Assembly (NCBI GenBank): GCA_004431415.1
Contig: QPMI01000038.1
Span: 248,001 to 312,000 of the forward strand
Length of the DNA stretch: 64,000 bases
From: Cyanophora paradoxa CCMP329
Lineage: Eukaryota > Plantae > Glaucophyta
Direction: 5' to 3'
Shown here: one piece after another, positions 59,083 to 64,000 of the stretch
Numbering within the stretch: the stretch's first letter is position 1
How the letters are laid out: each line of letters opens with the position of its first letter
The notes under the pieces: generated by a model
What the model was told of the DNA's origin: nothing
What the model saw: only the letters and a program-made list of their open reading frames with translations
The model's database searches: none
Position numbers and translations under genes: made by a program

Positions 59083-61142
59083 TCAGCGGCGCCGGCGGGG
59101 GGCAGGTACGGGGACGGGGGCGGGGGCCGGGGCGGGGGCGGGCGGCGCGGCGCGGTCGTGGAAGCGGCGGACGGCCTTCAGGCGCGCCCCGCGGGGCACG
59201 TTGAAGGGGCCAGCGGGGCCGGCGGCGGCGCCCCTCCACGGCCTGCCGGCCCCAGGGGCGGGCGATCAGGGCAAGGCGGGCCAGAGGGGGCCGAGGAGGG
59301 GAAGTACGCGCCATGACGTCGAAGGCGCAGAAGACGGCGGCGCAGGTGAGGGCGAGGAGGGCGCGGGCGCAGGCCTCGCCGGGGCAGGCCCCTGGCCCCA
59401 CGCCGAACGGCGAGACTGCGGGGGGCGGGGGCGTGAGAAGGGAAGGGGGCGGGGCGGGGAAGGGGGCGGGGCGCGCGGGGCGGGTCGAGGGCCTCGCCGG
59501 CGGCGGCGCGGCCGCGGAAGTCGCGCATTGCGGCGGGGAGGTCCGCCGCCGCGCGGGAGCCCGCGGGCAGGCCCCGCCCCGCAAGCTCCAACGGGGCCGC
59601 CAGCACCCGGTGCACCGCCCCTGATGCGCGTGAGCGGGGCGGGAGGGGACGGGCGGGGCGGGGCGGGGCGGGGCGGGGAGGGGCGGGGTCACGGAGGGGC
59701 GGCTGGACGCGCAGAGACTCCGAAATGGACTCTGAGGAGGGCGGTCAGGGGGAAGAGAGCGCGGAGGGTGGGGTACGGGGCCGCACCGGTGAGGAGGGGT
59801 AGGGCAGCCTCGTCCAGGAGCTGCTCTGCCTGCGGGGGTACCGGTTCCGGAGGGGGTACAGGGCCTTGCGAGGGGTACGGGGACCTTGATCGCGGAGAAG
59901 TCGAAGGCGAATCGCTCGGAGAACTCGTACGCCTCCGCGCCCACCGCGGCGGAGACCTGAGGGCGCGTCAGGGGATACGCAGCGGTGGCGATGGGGGGTA
60001 CGGGGCGGGCCTTTGGGTCCGAGCCGACGTGGAAGAGGAGCCACGCGAGGGACGCCGTGAGCTTCCGCTCCACCTACCCCCCCTCCTTGGCTCAGAAAGG
60101 GGGTACTTGGAAGAATGGTCGGGAGGGGGTACCGTGAAGAAGATGTACGTCGCTGCCCGGGCGACGGTGCGGACGGCGTCGGCTTCGCTTACCCCCTCCC
60201 AGTGCCCCTCCTGCCTGGGGTTCAGGTAGGGAGGGGGGATGGAGCGTGCGGGGGGTACGGACCAGGAGCAGGTCGTCGAGGAGGCAGCGGCGGCCGAAGG
60301 GGCGGCCGCCGGGCGAGGGCGGCGAGGCGGTGTCGGGCTGCTCCTGCGCGTACCGCAGGTGCTCCTTGCGGAGCCGCACGGCGCTCTCGACCCAGGCCCG
60401 CACGACGCGCGCCCGCGCCTCCTCGGCGCGGCGCGCGGAGGGCAAGCGCGGGCCGCCGCCGCCCCGCCCCGCCGCCCGCTCCTCGAAATCCTCCACCGCA
60501 GCGAGGTAGCTCTGCCCGCGCGTCGTTCCGCGCCGAAAATCAGCGCTCTCAGTCCAAAAGCGGATCGAGCTCGCACCTGGGCGAGCTTGTCGTCGGCGCG
60601 CGCGAGGAAGTCGTGCGCGCTGCCGAAGAGCGTCCGCCACGCGAGCTCCGCCGAGTACAGGTGCAGGATCTGCACGAGGTCCACGTCCAAATTCGAATCC
60701 GCGATCACCTGCGCCGGCAGAGCGTTCGAGTTCAATGCGCGACGGGATTCCACAGGGCGCGACGGGGCGTGGAGGCGGTACGCTCGCTCGCCTCGAGCTG
60801 CTGCAGCAGGGCCTCGACTGAGCGCCACGCCTCCGGAAGGAGCAGCTGGACGCGGGCGGGGAGGAAGGCGCGCTTGGACGCCGCTCGCAACGCCTCGAGG
60901 TCGCCCTCGGTGGGCGGGCTTAGCTGCAGCGGCTTGAACAACTTCGCCCACGGGCACGCCGGCTTCGCCTCCGCCCGCAGGACCGCCAGGGCGTCCTCGT
61001 ACGTCGATGCGCGTGCCCCGCTGGACAGCGTTCGCGGGCCGCGCAGCGACATCGCGTATGCCAGCGCGAAGCCCAGTGCCAGGAGCGTTCCGAGCGCCTG
61101 GACGAGCTGCATTGGCGAGACGGGCTGGGCCGTCGCGTCCAT
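59083..61142 (-). CDS. Divergent cytochrome P450 (spliced)
   Basis: N-terminal TM anchor. K-helix ISESLRVQPP (ExxR). Heme motif PFGVGPGACPGE. I-helix atypical. Confidence 0.75.
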
Positions 61143-61259
61143 CTCCTAACTTAGCTGCTCGGCCGACGAAATCCGAAGGCCCGATCCCGCCCGGAAGCCC
61201 CCAGAGAGCGGGCACGAAGATTTGCAGCGTACCCTTGCTAGCTTGCAAACCGCGGCCAA

Positions 61260-62280
61260 ATGTCCGCGCCCGTGCCCCCGGCCGCGATCGTCCACGCGGC
61301 GGAGCAGCGACGGCCGCTCTCATCGCAACTATCGCAGCGATTCAGGCTGCGCACGGCCAACGAGTGCGTACGCGCCTTCGCCGCAGCCGCCTGGCTCACT
61401 AGCGCCTGCACGCAGCATCGCTGCGGACTACATATTTCCCTCGAGCGGCTCGGTCGCGTTTCAGGTCCGCGTCGCTCGCCCGGCGCCGGCTCGCGCGCGC
61501 TTCCGTTCTCAGCCGCGTGGTTTGTGGCTGCGCGTGCCGCGACGGCACAGATCGCTCGAATTGGCCCGCAGGTAACCGCTTCGGACATCGACGGCGTGCT
61601 CGCTCGCGCCGTGCGGCTTGCGGCGGGATTCCGGATGTGCTTCGTCATTGCCGTCCTCTTGTCGGAGACTCAGGACCCTTACTCGCCAGTGCAATCCGCT
61701 TTCATGCATCTGCAGCTCCGCTTTCCGCACCGTCCGATCCTCATTCCAGTGGCGAGGTCCGTCGGCGCCGCCGGCGCCTATCCCTCAATTATTATTTTAT
61801 CCGATTTCGCGAATTTGGCTTGCAGCGAGCAGGCGGCCGCCGAGGTGCGCCGCCGTTCGATGCGATCCTCTCATTTCGAGCCGCGGCCGGCGGCCGCGCG
61901 CATGCGCAGACCATCCTGGAGGTCGTGGCCGCGACGACGCGAGAGAAGCGCGCCGAGGCACGCGCCGCCTTCGAGGCGCAGGTGCCCGCCCCGCGGCCCG
62001 CGGCCCCGCCCGCTCCGTACCAGCGCCAGCGTCCGCGGCGCAGATGGCAGCGCACATGCCGCCGCCGCGGGAAGCGGCGCAGGCGGCCCTCGCGGCGCTG
62101 CTGCCGGAGCAGTCGGCCCTCGAGCGGGCGCTCCTGCTCGACGGGATGGGCACGCTCGCCAGCGTCCTCACCGCCAGCCCCGACGAGCTGCGCGATCGCA
62201 CGGCGCTCGACGCCGCCGCCGCGCTGCGCATCCACAGCGCACTGAACGCAGCCCCCTTCGAATCTGAGCTCAGCGGTTGA
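61260..62280 (+). CDS. SPO16: SPO16/SCRE/PARTING DANCERS-like meiotic protein (inactive ERCC4 + HhH)
   Basis: DYIFPSSGSVAF and FMHLQLRF...LIPV..EQAAAE|TILEVVAATT resemble C1orf146/SCRE. C-terminal LLLDGMGTLASVLTASPDELRDRTALD is an HhH like that of PTD. Confidence 0.7.
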
Positions 62281-62621
62281 CAGAGGCACATTGTTGCATT
62301 GGACCAATAATACACACACACGACTGCGGAGGGCTGCGCTAGCGCTAGCGCTCTCGAATAAGGCATAGCTCCGGATCCATAGCATGATCACGATGGAGAA
62401 ATAGAACAAGCATAAAAGCATAGAATAAGCGATCCAACTAGAAATTGAGTCTAGAATGTCTCTGAGAGTGCTGCGGTGTCTCAGATCCTGAGCTAATGAA
62501 AAAGCATTCAGCGACGTAGGAAAAAAGCGGTTTGGGTGAGAAAAAGCGGAATCGCCGCCCGTGAAGAGCGGGAGGGGCGGAGGGGCGCTGGCCGCGCTGC
62601 AGGCCCTGACAAGGCCCCGGG

Positions 62622-63484
62622 CTACGCCTGGAAGAGGGCTACAATGGTCCCGCTGGCGCGGCGGCCGGAGCCGCGACCGATGAGCGCGTACGCGGGCAGA
62701 TCCATGCCGTCGTCGGGCAGGTCCGTCGGGCTCTCCGCCTCGGCCCGCGGCTCGAGCTGCTGCGCCGGCTGGGGCGCGGGAGGCGGGGCGGAAGGCCGGG
62801 GAGGTGGGGAGGGGGACGCCGACCGCGGCGACTCCGCCGGCTGGTGGCTCGCGATCCGCAGCAGCGTCTCCAGGACGTTGGGGCGCGGGGAGCTCCCCTT
62901 GGAGAGCGAGCCGGGGCGCGGGCGCGCCGGCGTGCTGGGCGCCACGGCCGCCTCGATGGCCTCGCGGGCGACGCGCGGCGGCTCGAAGAGGTGCGAGCGG
63001 TCCCCGCCGCTCGACTGCGCCTTGACGGTCGCCTGGATGGGCCCGTACTCGCCCACGAACTTGACGCCCCAGAGGCCGAGGTCGGCCCTGATCCCGTCCG
63101 TCGGATCCTCCTCAAACATGAGCTGCACAAGAAGACCGAAGGTCAGAAGTGCGCGAGGGAGAGCGCTTCGTATGCGTGGCGGTTAGATGCCGGCCGGGGG
63201 CGCTGCCGGTGCTCTGCACTCACATCCAAGCGCTTTGGGCGACGTTGTTTGCTGTTGCTGACCGGCGTCCGCCCCGGAGACTTGGATGCGGCGGGAGTGC
63301 TGTCGCCCTTTTGACCCGAGCGGCTGGACGAGGGCGGGTTGCTCTTCGCTAGAGTAGGCGAGGGAGTTCTTGCGCTCTCAAGCGGAGCGTGGGAAGCCGG
63401 GTGCACTGCCGATGCGCGGAGCACGCGGAGATCGAGGTCCAGCGACTTGCAGGCCGAGTAGTCAGAAGCGTCCGTTTCGTCCAT
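62622..63484 (-). CDS. Hypothetical protein (two or more exons)
   Basis: ORFs 63143-63523 and 62622-63128 can be joined by a GT-AG intron (KRLD|LMFEEDP). No recognisable family. Confidence 0.4.
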
Positions 63485-63872
63485 AACTGCTAGGCACTGC
63501 TGTGCCAAGGGCAAGCACGCCATTCCAATGCGTGCAGCTTGTCACACTGGCGACCGCAACTCCAAGCGGCGGGCAAGGGGAAGCGCTGCGCTGTCGAGCG
63601 GCTGCCAACTCGGCTACGATGCTCGTTTGTAAGCGTGCACGGCGACTGCACGGTGCACGCGCGTGCTCAACGCGTGCTGGCTGATGAGACCTGGCTCCGC
63701 GGGTGCTCCGTTGCTGGGGTAAGCGCGTCTTCCAAGCCGCAGAGCTCGCGATGTCGATCGAGGGCCGGGGGTACGTACGTATATATACGTACCCGGTGCT
63801 GCTTGAATTCAGAATTTTGGGCCAATTTTGACAGAAATTATAATTACCTAATAATACAAATGCATGCTTAAA

Positions 63873-63981
63873 TTCAGGCGAAGCCTCTTTCAGGCGAAGC
63901 CTCTTTCTCAAAACCAAAAACCGCCTCTTTCAGGCGAAGCCTCTTTCAGGCGAAGCCTCTTTCTCAAACCCAAAAACCGCC
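63873..63981. repeat. Tandem repeat, 16-bp subunit within a 56-bp period
   Basis: caggcgaagcctcttt at 63875, 63891, 63931 and 63947. Confidence 0.9.
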
Positions 63982-64000
63982 GATATAAATTCCTTTTTTA

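Noticed and set aside
4-63917. Most long Arg/Pro/Gly/Ala-rich ORFs in the six-frame track
   Set aside because: They are shadow or antisense frames expected at very high GC. They overlap recognisable spliced genes and have no family motifs.

Overview
Very GC-rich, intron-dense eukaryotic DNA from an alga or protist. A possible 'AFV'-type transit peptide and the intron style suggest a glaucophyte such as Cyanophora, but that is only an inference. The most striking part is 1-3450, an intronless island that looks foreign. It holds four small genes: a myristoylated membrane protein, two paralogous HEPN-like proteins and a retropepsin-type aspartyl protease. These sit among three near-identical 58-bp double-hairpin repeats plus one degenerate site. 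On the minus strand each repeat ends exactly at TTCGA and is followed by a variable sequence resembling a tRNA 3' end, which suggests an integron-like cassette array or an RNA-antitoxin/RNase module. The rest is host-like. It includes an expanded F-box/LRR family with a ~3.8-kb inverted duplication, an intron-containing bacterial-type MazG, a SLIP-GC/dynamin-like GTPase, and a Venus-flytrap/Cys-rich multi-pass receptor in a lower-GC island. It also has two 5'-truncated L1/Tx1-like retrotransposon copies with target-site duplications (TSDs), a Tc1/pogo MITE, EFCAB11, a permuted papain-like secreted protein, a zinc deaminase, an NCS/EF-hand-PIP5K fusion, an Ala-rich/Pro-Thr-repeat glycoprotein, an atypical cytochrome P450 and a meiotic SPO16/PTD homolog. 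Coordinates of spliced genes are outer spans assembled by eye.
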